From Candidatus Eiseniibacteriota bacterium (GTDB taxonomy: Bacteria; Eisenbacteria; RBG-16-71-46): 64,000 nucleotides of DNA. The translations under genes were made by a program, and so were the position numbers. The stretch is taken from assembly GCA_036505355.1 (NCBI GenBank), contig DASXTP010000108.1, positions 14,857 to 78,856 on the forward strand, written 5' to 3'. Shown piece after piece: positions 56,874-64,000 of the stretch (its first letter is position 1; each line of letters starts with the position of its first letter). The notes beneath the pieces are model-generated. The model saw nothing but the letters and a program-made list of their open reading frames with translations. It was not told where the DNA came from and did no database searches.

Positions 56874-57233
56874 ATGTCGGCGCGGGCCACGCTCGAGGAG
56901 TTGAAGGCTGCGGAGGCGGTCCGCGCCGCAGACAGCCTTCCTCGAGATGCGGTCCACCGGCTGGTCGAAGTGGCCATCCATGCCGCCGCGAACGCCGCGG
57001 TCCACCAAGGCGTCGAACGCGCGGGCGCGATCCTCGAGAAGTTATTCCCCGGGTACGACCCCGCGCCGCTGCTCAGGTTCGGGATCCAGATCCGCGAGGC
57101 GGTCTTGGCCGAGCTCCCGCTGATGCGGCAGAAGGTCACCGATGAGCTCGCGCTTGCTGCGGGGATTGACCCTGCGACCGGGAAGCTGCTGCGGGGGCGA
57201 GCTGGGATTGAACGTGAACCAGGGAGGGCATGA
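56874..57233 (+). CDS. Hypothetical protein (element)
   Basis: ATG 56874. 119 aa, helical. The frame stays open upstream to 56598 with no start codon, so the gene may be 5-prime truncated. Confidence 0.5.
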   Translation: MSARATLEELKAAEAVRAADSLPRDAVHRLVEVAIHAAANAAVHQGVERAGAILEKLFPGYDPAPLLRFGIQIREAVLAELPLMRQKVTDELALAAGIDPATGKLLRGRAGIEREPGRA

Positions 57234-57469
57234 CCGTGGCCAATCGGCCCAAATGGACGAGTCCATTCGGACGTTGGCTCATGAACTACGGCACGGAGCG
57301 GCTGCGAGCTGAGTTCGCGCGCCGCGGCACCCCGGTATCTCGGCAATGTCTTTACCACTGGGGCAGCGGCCGCCGGCGTCCGCGGGTCCAGCACGCGGCT
57401 GTACTGATCGAGGTGTCGCGTGGCCGTCTGCGTCTCGGCGATTTTCGCCGAAAGGAGGATGCGTCGTGA
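57230..57469 (+). CDS. Cro/YdaS-like helix-turn-helix regulator
   Basis: ATGA overlap with the upstream gene. GTPVSRQCLYHWGSGRRRP..HAAVLIEVSRGRL resembles Cro/YdaS-type single-HTH proteins. Confidence 0.5.
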   Translation: MTVANRPKWTSPFGRWLMNYGTERLRAEFARRGTPVSRQCLYHWGSGRRRPRVQHAAVLIEVSRGRLRLGDFRRKEDAS

Positions 57470-57663
57470 AGTTGCTCTATCCCGCGAGCGCGGAGCATTT
57501 GGCTCAGATGCTGGCCGCTCGCGTGAAGTTTCACCTGTCGCGTGGCGTTGGGTTGAGCGCCGCGAAGAAGCTTGCGGCCGCCGAGGCCGAGCAGTTTTCG
57601 CGTCACTCGCTGTTGAAACACGGCGTCCTCGTCGGGCCGCCGGGCGCGGTGAAGATTGTCTGA
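57466..57663 (+). CDS. Hypothetical small protein (element)
   Basis: GTG 57466 lies 6 nt after AAAGGAGGA and overlaps the upstream stop (GTGA). 65 aa. Confidence 0.5.
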   Translation: MKLLYPASAEHLAQMLAARVKFHLSRGVGLSAAKKLAAAEAEQFSRHSLLKHGVLVGPPGAVKIV

Positions 57664-57688
57664 CACGTTCAAGCCAAAGGAGGAGCAG

Positions 57689-58198
57689 ATGAAGAATGAC
57701 CAAACGCCGATGCGCGCGATCGGCTGGGTGCCGGGCACCGGGTCGCTGGTACTCGAGGTCCGTGGGCCGAAGCTCGCGATTCTCTCGACTCAACGTCTGA
57801 TCGAAGTCGATCTGCCAGGCGAGGCTGTCGCCGTTGGCGTCGGGCAAGGTCCCACGGTCGTGCTGGCCGATGGCCGCGCCCTTCGCTGGGATCTCGACCG
57901 GCGCGAATGGAAGGCAGTCGGCAACCTGCGCATGGATCCGGTCGCCGTCGCGCCTCGGCGCTCCGAGCCGCGCGTCGAGATCGTCCGCAACGTGCCGAAG
58001 CAGGCGATTGTGATGGGCACGTATAGGGCGTTGAGAACGTTCCAGCTCGGCCGCGGCGAAATACTCAGAGAGGATGAAACGATCTCGCTCCCGCGGGACG
58101 ATTCGGAAACCCGATACCGGGTTCGCTCGGGTCTGCTTGAGCTCGTGGTCGAGCCCGTTGAGGAGTCGGAGGTCGAAGCGAAGGGAGACCGCAAGTGA
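57689..58198 (+). CDS. Hypothetical protein (element)
   Basis: ATG 57689 preceded by AAAGGAGGAG. 169 aa. Confidence 0.6.
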   Translation: MKNDQTPMRAIGWVPGTGSLVLEVRGPKLAILSTQRLIEVDLPGEAVAVGVGQGPTVVLADGRALRWDLDRREWKAVGNLRMDPVAVAPRRSEPRVEIVRNVPKQAIVMGTYRALRTFQLGRGEILREDETISLPRDDSETRYRVRSGLLELVVEPVEESEVEAKGDRK

Positions 58199-58476
58199 TT
58201 CAGGGGTGGGAACGACACTTGGAGGTCTCAGAGATGGCGCGGACCGGGCCGCGGGTGAAGTGTGTGGCGTTGAAAACGTTCAGTCGCGGGCGCGAAGACA
58301 GGTTTGAACCCGACGGTCGCATCGTATCCAGTCCGCTCGAGGCGGCCCGGCCGGGCGACGTTCTTTGGCTGCCATTGGTACACGCGGGGACGTTGGAGCT
58401 GTCGGGCCACATCGCCCGCTTGAATCCGGGCGACAAGATTTTCATCGACGGCGTCGAGGCCGTCGAAGCGAAGTGA
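58195..58476 (+). CDS. Hypothetical protein (element)
   Basis: GTG 58195 overlaps the upstream stop (GTGA). 93 aa. Confidence 0.5.
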   Translation: MIQGWERHLEVSEMARTGPRVKCVALKTFSRGREDRFEPDGRIVSSPLEAARPGDVLWLPLVHAGTLELSGHIARLNPGDKIFIDGVEAVEAK

Positions 58477-58561
58477 CGTAGCGCCGAGGATCCGGCTCGC
58501 CGTGCGGCGTACTCCCATTCGCCCACGGTGGGCCGCCCTCGGTCAACACACAGGAGGAGTT

Positions 58562-58669
58562 ATGCCGAAAGTTTCAGCTCCACCGCGTCCGGCGCTGGTG
58601 CCGAATCCGCCATCGCCTCGACCGGAGGCTCGCCGTCGCAGCCGCAGAATCCCGCGCCGGTCAACGTGA
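58562..58669 (+). CDS. Candidate 35-aa Pro/Arg-rich micro-protein
   Basis: ATG 58562 lies 2-3 nt after the very strong RBS AGGAGGAG (58552-58559). Translation: MPKVSAPPRPALVPNPPSPRPEARRRSRRIPRRST. The composition is low complexity, so coding status is uncertain. Confidence 0.3.
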   Translation: MPKVSAPPRPALVPNPPSPRPEARRRSRRIPRRST

Positions 58670-58904
58670 CCGACGGGGAGGCCGATCGGAAGCGCTAGAT
58701 CATCGTCGCGCGCCGGCCGGGTTTTTTCTCCTTTCCCCGGTGGGCGTCGGGCGCAGCCGCTCGACGACCGGTGCGCGTCCCCGGGCCCGGCTGCCGCACC
58801 CGCGGGTGGCCCGGGGCAACACTGTAGGGGGCCGGTAGCCGGGGCAACACGGCACCCTGGCGCACCCCTTCACGGCGGGGCCGGCCCATTCTAGGAGGTG
58901 ACGC

Positions 58905-59594
58905 ATGGCGAGTTTTGAGGCGAACGTCGATTCGGTTCGCGCGTTGCGTTTTCTTCGGGACGCTCCCCGAAAGATGAGCTTCGCCATCGCCAACAGCATC
59001 AACGCAACCGCGCGAAAAGTTCAGGCCGCCGAGCGCGAGCAGCTCGCTTCGCGGTTCACGCTGCGCCCTGGGACGCGGGAATTTCTCCTACGGCAAGCCA
59101 GCATCATCAAGCCTTTCGCCGATCCGCGGGAAGGTCGTTTCGAGGCCAAAGTTGCCGTCGGCCAGCGTCCGCGGCTGTTGTTGCCGAAATATGAAAGCGG
59201 CTTCACGCGTGAGTCGTTCCGCTCCAGCTCGAGCAAGGTCGCGGTTCCGGCCGGTGCGCGTCCGAGCCGGACCGCGTCGATCCCGTCGGAGCTGTACCTC
59301 CGGAACCTCGCCTTGAAGAAGGTGCGGGCTCGGGGCCGAGTCGGTGCTCGACGGCGCAAGACAGGTGCTCGGCCGGCGATCGCGGGTCGGTTGGGCAGTT
59401 ACCTGGCAGGATCGGTGATCTTTCAGCGAGTCGGCCGCGGCGTGAGCAAAGCGCTCTACGTTCTCGCACGGCCCTTCAGAGTCAGTGCGCGCCTCGGCTG
59501 GATCGCAACCGCCAGGCGCACCGCCGAGCGCACTTTCCCCGGCGAGCTAAAGCGCCAGGTCGAGGACGCGCTCGAGCACGCCTTGAAGGGATAG
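58905..59594 (+). CDS. Hypothetical protein (element; possibly phage-derived)
   Basis: ATG 58905 preceded by TAGGAGGTGA. 229 aa. No motif I can name with confidence. Confidence 0.6.
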   Translation: MASFEANVDSVRALRFLRDAPRKMSFAIANSINATARKVQAAEREQLASRFTLRPGTREFLLRQASIIKPFADPREGRFEAKVAVGQRPRLLLPKYESGFTRESFRSSSSKVAVPAGARPSRTASIPSELYLRNLALKKVRARGRVGARRRKTGARPAIAGRLGSYLAGSVIFQRVGRGVSKALYVLARPFRVSARLGWIATARRTAERTFPGELKRQVEDALEHALKG

Positions 59595-59733
59595 AGCATG
59601 AACGACGCCGCGCCCTCGCTCCCGCCTCTCGGCTCGACGCCCTCGTGCCCCGCCTGCGGGTGGTGATGACTCGCAATAATCCTCCTGTACGCTAGGCGTA
59701 CATCATGCTAGACTGCCGCTGGAGGGAGTCTCG

Positions 59734-60054
59734 TTGACGCGCACGGAGGCGGAAGCGCTCATCCAGAGCATCTTGGAAGGGACCATGCCCTGCTTACGTC
59801 CCCGGCACTTTTGGGAGAGTTGCGCAGAGGAGGGCTTCACGGCCCAAGACATCCATCCCATTCTCCGCTCCCATGAGATGAGGGGGGCTCCAGAGTGGCG
59901 AGCGCAAAACCACGCCGACCGAGTGCGGCTCGTCGGGAAGTGCTGCGAGGGCCGCTCGACGGTGCTGGTGATCGATCTTCGGACCGCGGGGCCCTGTGCC
60001 TTGGTGAGCATCATGGTAGACAAGGCGTCGCCTAGGAAGCGGAGGGCAACATGA
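59734..60054 (+). CDS. Putative type II toxin (DUF4258/MqsR-like position and size)
   Basis: TTG 59734 after GGAGGGAG. 106 aa. The stop overlaps the start of the MqsA-like gene (ATGA). The layout H..E.CAEEGFTAQDI..IL....GR..VLVID resembles DUF4258 proteins. Confidence 0.45.
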   Translation: MTRTEAEALIQSILEGTMPCLRPRHFWESCAEEGFTAQDIHPILRSHEMRGAPEWRAQNHADRVRLVGKCCEGRSTVLVIDLRTAGPCALVSIMVDKASPRKRRAT

Positions 60055-60629
60055 GCCACGTCACTTGTCCGGGCTGTGGCAAGCCGGCCGCGACTGCCCG
60101 AGCTATTGCTACGTACCACTACACGGAGTCTGGGCTCGATAACGTCTGGCTGGTCGGCGGGGTTACTGAGACCGAGTGCTCGGAATGCGGCGAGAAGTTT
60201 CTACGGGTCACGAGAGAGCCCCAGTTGCTTCAGGTCATCGCGCTGGATCTCCTCATGCGGCCTTCCTACCGGACCGGCGCCGAGCTGCGTTTTCTTCGTC
60301 GAGCGTGTGGGTTGAGCCAAGAACAGCTTGCCGCGTTGCTCCAGTGCCCACGTCGAGCCACGATCGCCGAGCGAGAGGCGAAGGATCATCCAGGGCTAAG
60401 TTTCCCGGAGGAAGTCGGGTATCGGTGGGTCTTGTTGAAGGCGTTCCAGGAGTTCGTAACGACGCCCGGGAACAATGCCCTGGAGGCGAGTCATCTGCAG
60501 AAGTTTTGGAGCTTCGCGGGATTCTTTCGTGACTTTGCGATCAAGGTTGACTCGCATCATCGCAGGATCACGGCTCGCGTGCGGCAGAACGCTTGGACCG
60601 TGGACGAGCATCGGGGCAAGGCCGCCTAG
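60051..60629 (+). CDS. MqsA-family antitoxin (YgiT-type zinc ribbon plus XRE-type HTH) with C-terminal extension
   Basis: Zinc ribbon CPGCG..(33 aa)..CSECGE, then the HTH GAELRFLRRACGLSQEQLAALLQCPRRATIAEREA, then ~80 extra residues. Confidence 0.7.
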   Translation: MSHVTCPGCGKPAATARAIATYHYTESGLDNVWLVGGVTETECSECGEKFLRVTREPQLLQVIALDLLMRPSYRTGAELRFLRRACGLSQEQLAALLQCPRRATIAEREAKDHPGLSFPEEVGYRWVLLKAFQEFVTTPGNNALEASHLQKFWSFAGFFRDFAIKVDSHHRRITARVRQNAWTVDEHRGKAA

Positions 60630-60639
60630 GGAGGAAGCC

Positions 60640-60858
60640 ATGACAGACGAACAAGCGCGGATGCTTTGGGCAATTGTCACCGCTGAGGGCGAGACCCCGA
60701 AGGTGTTTCGGGACGCCGGCGTGGCGTCACGCAAAGAGGCCGCCGACCTCTTGCGAGGGGCGATTCTCTCTAGCAAGAAAGCCTCGGAATCGTGGACGGG
60801 CCTGACCGCAACGCCCTGGGCGCGGGGCCTGATGGCCTGGGCGGAGGACCAGCGATGA
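60640..60858 (+). CDS. Hypothetical small protein directly upstream of the integrase
   Basis: ATG 60640 after GGGAGGAAG. 72 aa. The stop overlaps the integrase start (ATGA). Confidence 0.55.
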   Translation: MTDEQARMLWAIVTAEGETPKVFRDAGVASRKEAADLLRGAILSSKKASESWTGLTATPWARGLMAWAEDQR

Positions 60859-62004
60859 GCGACCAAGTGAAGTCCCAGAAGAAGGCCCGCCCGCGCTACC
60901 TCGGGCGCGTGTATCTGCGCGGCAGCGTGTGGTGGGTAGACTTCCAAGTGGACAAGCAACGCCACCGCAGGGCGGCGGAGGACGTCAAGACGGAGCGGCA
61001 AGCGTGGGACTATCTGGCGGCCGAGCGCGCCCGCGTCAAGCAGGGGGCGCGTGTTGACCTGGAGCACGCTCGCTTTGACGACCTCGCCACGCGGTTGCGG
61101 GCGCACCACGAGGCGAAAGGGACGCGCCCAAAGACCCGCGCGCGGTACGACCAGCACCTGGCGCACCTCGAGGCCTTCTTCGGCAATGCGCGCGCGAAGC
61201 ACATCGCAGGACGGGTGGAGGCGTACATCGCGGTCCGACGGCGTGGCGAGCCGGAGGCCCGGCCGCCGGTGGCACCCCCGCGGCCTGCTACGATCCACGG
61301 CGAGGTCGCGCTCCTGGCCCAGATGTTCCGCGTGGCCGGGCTCCCCCGCCCGCCCCTACCCAGCATCACGATTCGCAACGTGCGCACCGGGTTCTTCGAG
61401 GAGCGGGACGTGCAAGCCGTGACTGCCCACCTACCGCCCCCGCTGCGCCCCGCCCCATGGTTCGCCTACTTCACGGGCTGGCGCAAGGGCGAGGTGCTCG
61501 GGCTCCGGTGGAAGGCTGTGGACTTCACTGCGGGCACCGTGCGCCTCGAGCCCGGCGAGACCAAGAACGGCCGTGGGCGCACCTTCCCCCTTTGCCGTCT
61601 ATCCGGCCTTGGCCTCCCTGCTGGAGACGCAGCGCGAGGGTACGAGGGCCCTGGAGCGCACCACGGGGCAGATCGTGCCCTGGGTGTTCCACCGCGGAGG
61701 TGTCGAGATCCGCGACATGGACGACGCCTGGCGGACGGCGTGCAAGGCTGCGGGACTGCCCGGGCGCCTGTTCCACGACCTGCGGCGCTCCGCCGCTCTG
61801 GCTCTCCGGCGCCTCGGGCTCTCGGAGACGGACATCATGGAGCTCGCCGGGTGGGAGACGCCGAGCATGTTCCGGCGCTACTGCGTCAAGGACGAGACCG
61901 GGCTGGCCGAGCGGCTACAGCGCGCCTTGAACGCGGGCGACGGCACAGCGACGGCACAAACGCGGCACAAGGCCCCGGAAGGGACGAGCGGCGAGGCGCC
62001 GTAA
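60855..62004 (+). pseudogene. int: Tyrosine recombinase/integrase interrupted by a 1-nt insertion in a C-run
   Basis: The N-terminal and core-binding part from ATG 60855 (..FTGWRKGEVLGLRW..LEPGETKNGRGRTFP) is in the frame of ORF 60792..62012. The catalytic C-terminus (FAVYPAL..LFHDLRRSAA..AGWETPSMFRRYCV) is in the frame of ORF 61573..62004. The frames switch at CCCCCTTT (61586-61593). Confidence 0.8.
61938..61970 (+). repeat. Three tandem copies of CG(A/C)CGGCACA(A/G) (arm-type site candidate, right arm, inside the int 3-prime end)
   Basis: CGACGGCACAG at 61938-61948, CGACGGCACAA at 61949-61959 and CGCGGCACAA at 61961-70. Related to 52093-52114. Confidence 0.6.
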
Positions 62005-62051
62005 TCCCTTGAACGACAGAGGCCTCGCCGATTGCACGAGGCCTCGTGTCG

Positions 62052-62136
<85 letters not shown>

Positions 62137-62212
62137 AACCATGAAGTGGAGCGGGCTCGTGGCTCCGCTGAAAATGCCTGGCAGCGTGGGCTGGGGCACC
62201 TTCAATCGCTGC

Positions 62213-62674
62213 CTAGGGGCCGCCGGCCGGCGGCGACGCGGGCTTTTGGCCTGGCGCGGGAGCCGGCGTGGTCGCCGGCTTCTGCCCGGGTCCGGCCACT
62301 GGCTGCGTTCCAGGCGCCGGCGCTTGTCCCGGTGAAGCCTGACTCGGGGCCGCTTGCGAAAGCGGCGGCCGATTCGGCGCAGGCGCCGACGTGGCCGAGG
62401 AGCGCCGCGCCTCCTCTTGGAGCAGGCTGCGCCCCGGCCCGCTCGTCCCGCTCGACAGCAGCGCCAGCAAGAGCGACATCACGAAGAACGCCCCGCCCAG
62501 CACCATCGTCGCGCGGGTGATGAAATCCGTGGCGCCCCGGCCACCCAGCACGGTCTGCGCTGTGCCCCCGAAGGCTCCGGACGCCAAGCCGCCTCCTTTG
62601 CCCGACTGCAGCAACACCACCGCGATCAGTCCCAGGCAGACCAGGATGTGGATCGTCAGCAGAACACCGTACAC
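62213..62674 (-). CDS. secG: Preprotein translocase subunit SecG with long Pro/Ala-rich C-terminal tail
   Basis: LLTIHILVCLGLIAVVLLQSGKGGGL and a second TM helix are canonical SecG features. Position after tpiA is typical. An ~80-aa PA-rich tail follows. Confidence 0.85.
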   Translation of the reverse strand: MYGVLLTIHILVCLGLIAVVLLQSGKGGGLASGAFGGTAQTVLGGRGATDFITRATMVLGGAFFVMSLLLALLSSGTSGPGRSLLQEEARRSSATSAPAPNRPPLSQAAPSQASPGQAPAPGTQPVAGPGQKPATTPAPAPGQKPASPPAGGP

Positions 62675-62852
62675 AACCCCTCCAGCGGTTCGAGACGGCG
62701 ATCATCGAACGTCGAACGGCCGAGAACCTTAGCAGCCCGGCGCGATTGGGTCAACGCACGCGAGCCGCGTGTGGGACGCGGCCGCGCCGCGGGCCGCCGG
62801 GCCCGCGCCCGACCCCCGCCTCTCTCAAGACGACGCGGGAAAGGAAGCGATC

Positions 62853-63632
62853 TCACGCTTCCCGTGCCGCGGCGACGATCTTCGCGAAGCCCGCAGCTTC
62901 GAGCGACGCCCCACCGACTAACGCGCCGTCCACTTGGGACTGGGCGAACAGCCCGGCCGCATTGCCGGCGGTGACGCTGCCACCGTAGAGCACCGCCACC
63001 TGCTCCCCGACGCCAACACCGATCACGCGATCGAGCACGCCGCGCACCGCGACGTGCGCCTCGCGCGCTTGCTCGGGCGTGGCCACCCGACCGGTCCCGA
63101 TCGCCCATACGGGCTCGTACGCCACGGTGGTCGCTCGGGCTTCCTCGGCGGTGACCCCTCCGTAGGCCGCGGCCACTTGGCGCGCCAGCACGTTGGACGT
63201 GCGACCGGCCTCGCGCTCGGCCAGGGTCTCCCCCACGCACACAATGGGGACGAGACCGTCCCGCAGGGCGGCCCGAAGCTTGCGCCCCACCAGGGCATCG
63301 TCCTCGCCCAAGCCATGGCGGCGCTCGGAGTGGCCCACGATCACGAACCGGCAGCCGAGGTCCGCCAGCATGGTCCCCGAGATCTCACCGGTATAGGCGC
63401 CGGAGGGCTCGGGATGGAGGTCTTGCCCCCCCCAGTGAAGCGCCGTGCCGCGCAGCACCCCCGCGACCGATTCGAGGCCTGTGAAGGGCGGGCAGAGCGC
63501 GACCTCGCATCCCGGCGTGCCGTCCAGCAGGGCAGCGATTTGTCGGGCCAGCGCCGCCCCCTGCCGCGCGGTGCCGTTCATCTTCCAGTTCCCGGCGACC
63601 AAGCGCGGGCGCCGCGGCCAGGCGGCACTCAT
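62853..63632 (-). CDS. tpiA: Triosephosphate isomerase
   Basis: From ATG 63632 (ATGA overlap with pgk). AGNWKMNG, VGHSERR, AYEPVWAIGTG and LYGGSV motifs. Confidence 0.95.
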   Translation of the reverse strand: MSAAWPRRPRLVAGNWKMNGTARQGAALARQIAALLDGTPGCEVALCPPFTGLESVAGVLRGTALHWGGQDLHPEPSGAYTGEISGTMLADLGCRFVIVGHSERRHGLGEDDALVGRKLRAALRDGLVPIVCVGETLAEREAGRTSNVLARQVAAAYGGVTAEEARATTVAYEPVWAIGTGRVATPEQAREAHVAVRGVLDRVIGVGVGEQVAVLYGGSVTAGNAAGLFAQSQVDGALVGGASLEAAGFAKIVAAAREA

Positions 63633-64000
63633 CAGGCGTCGTCGAGTGCGGCGACGCCAGGCAGCACGCGTCCTTCCAGAAACTCGAGCGACGCGCCCCC
63701 ACCGGTCGAGAGATGGCTGACCCGCTCGGCCAGCCCCGCCTGCTGGAGCGCGGCCACGGAATCGCCGCCGCCGACCACGGTCGTGGCTCCCCGCCCGGTC
63801 GCCTCCGCCAGGGCGCGAGCCACGGCGAGCGTGCCTTCGGCAAACGCGTCGACCTCGAAGATCCCCATCGGACCGTTCCACAGCACGGTCCGCGCGTCAC
63901 TCAGTCGCGCCGCGAATCCCCGCACGGTCTCGGGTCCGATGTCGACGCCCCGGTCCTGCTCCCCAATGTGGTCGACCGGGACCGTCCGCGCCGGCGCGCT
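63632..64000 (-). CDS. pgk: Phosphoglycerate kinase, C-terminal part (5-prime end outside the window)
   Basis: [16 protein letters not shown] and [13 protein letters not shown] motifs. The frame is open to the window edge. Confidence 0.9.
   Translation of the reverse strand, partial: SAPARTVPVDHIGEQDRGVDIGPETVRGFAARLSDARTVLWNGPMGIFEVDAFAEGTLAVARALAEATGRGATTVVGGGDSVAALQQAGLAERVSHLSTGGGASLEFLEGRVLPGVAALDDA

Noticed and set aside
58711-58727. The T6 tract preceded by the GC palindrome CCGGCCGG, considered as an intrinsic terminator after the micro-ORF.
   Set aside because: The palindrome can form at most a 3-bp stem, and I could not find a longer complementary arm nearby. A T-run alone is insufficient.
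58905-59594. The 229-aa element protein considered as an HK97-gp10-like or Mu-G-like virion morphogenesis protein.
   Set aside because: This is only a vague impression from composition and position. I cannot point to a diagnostic motif, so it is listed as hypothetical.

Overview
This is a GC-rich chromosomal segment from a diderm bacterium, with a Tol-Pal cluster, MurJ, UppP, bacillithiol bshC-bshB1-bshA, DnaK/Hsp20 and pgk-tpiA-secG-tRNA-Leu. About 60 chromosomal CDS sit in long co-directional runs where neighbouring stop and start codons often overlap (ATGA/GTGA/TTGA). Two regions stand out. (1) 964-6899 is a divergent locus. The minus strand carries a PA2779-like / C39-like cysteine peptidase / TPR-lipoprotein operon. 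The plus strand carries a YjbH-like outer-membrane protein followed by five tandem paralogous exported Cys/His-rich proteins of about 124 aa. I do not recognise this family, and one copy is frameshifted. (2) 51955-62074 is a ~10.1-kb integrative element inserted in the 3-prime end of tRNA-Leu(GAG) and bounded by a 35-bp direct repeat. It carries a tyrosine integrase (frameshifted), HTH regulators, a ParB-like gene (frameshifted), and a RepA/AAA_25-like ATPase followed by an iteron-like GGGCCA repeat field. It also carries 11-mer arm-type repeats at both ends, a DUF4258/MqsA-like toxin-antitoxin pair and many unassignable small genes, but no recognisable virion genes. Two chromosomal genes look decayed: a TldD/PmbA remnant and an alpha/beta-hydrolase remnant. 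I saw no rRNA gene and no CRISPR array. All calls come from reading the supplied ORF translations and the DNA by eye. No database search or computation was possible, so family names are recollections of motifs, not search hits.
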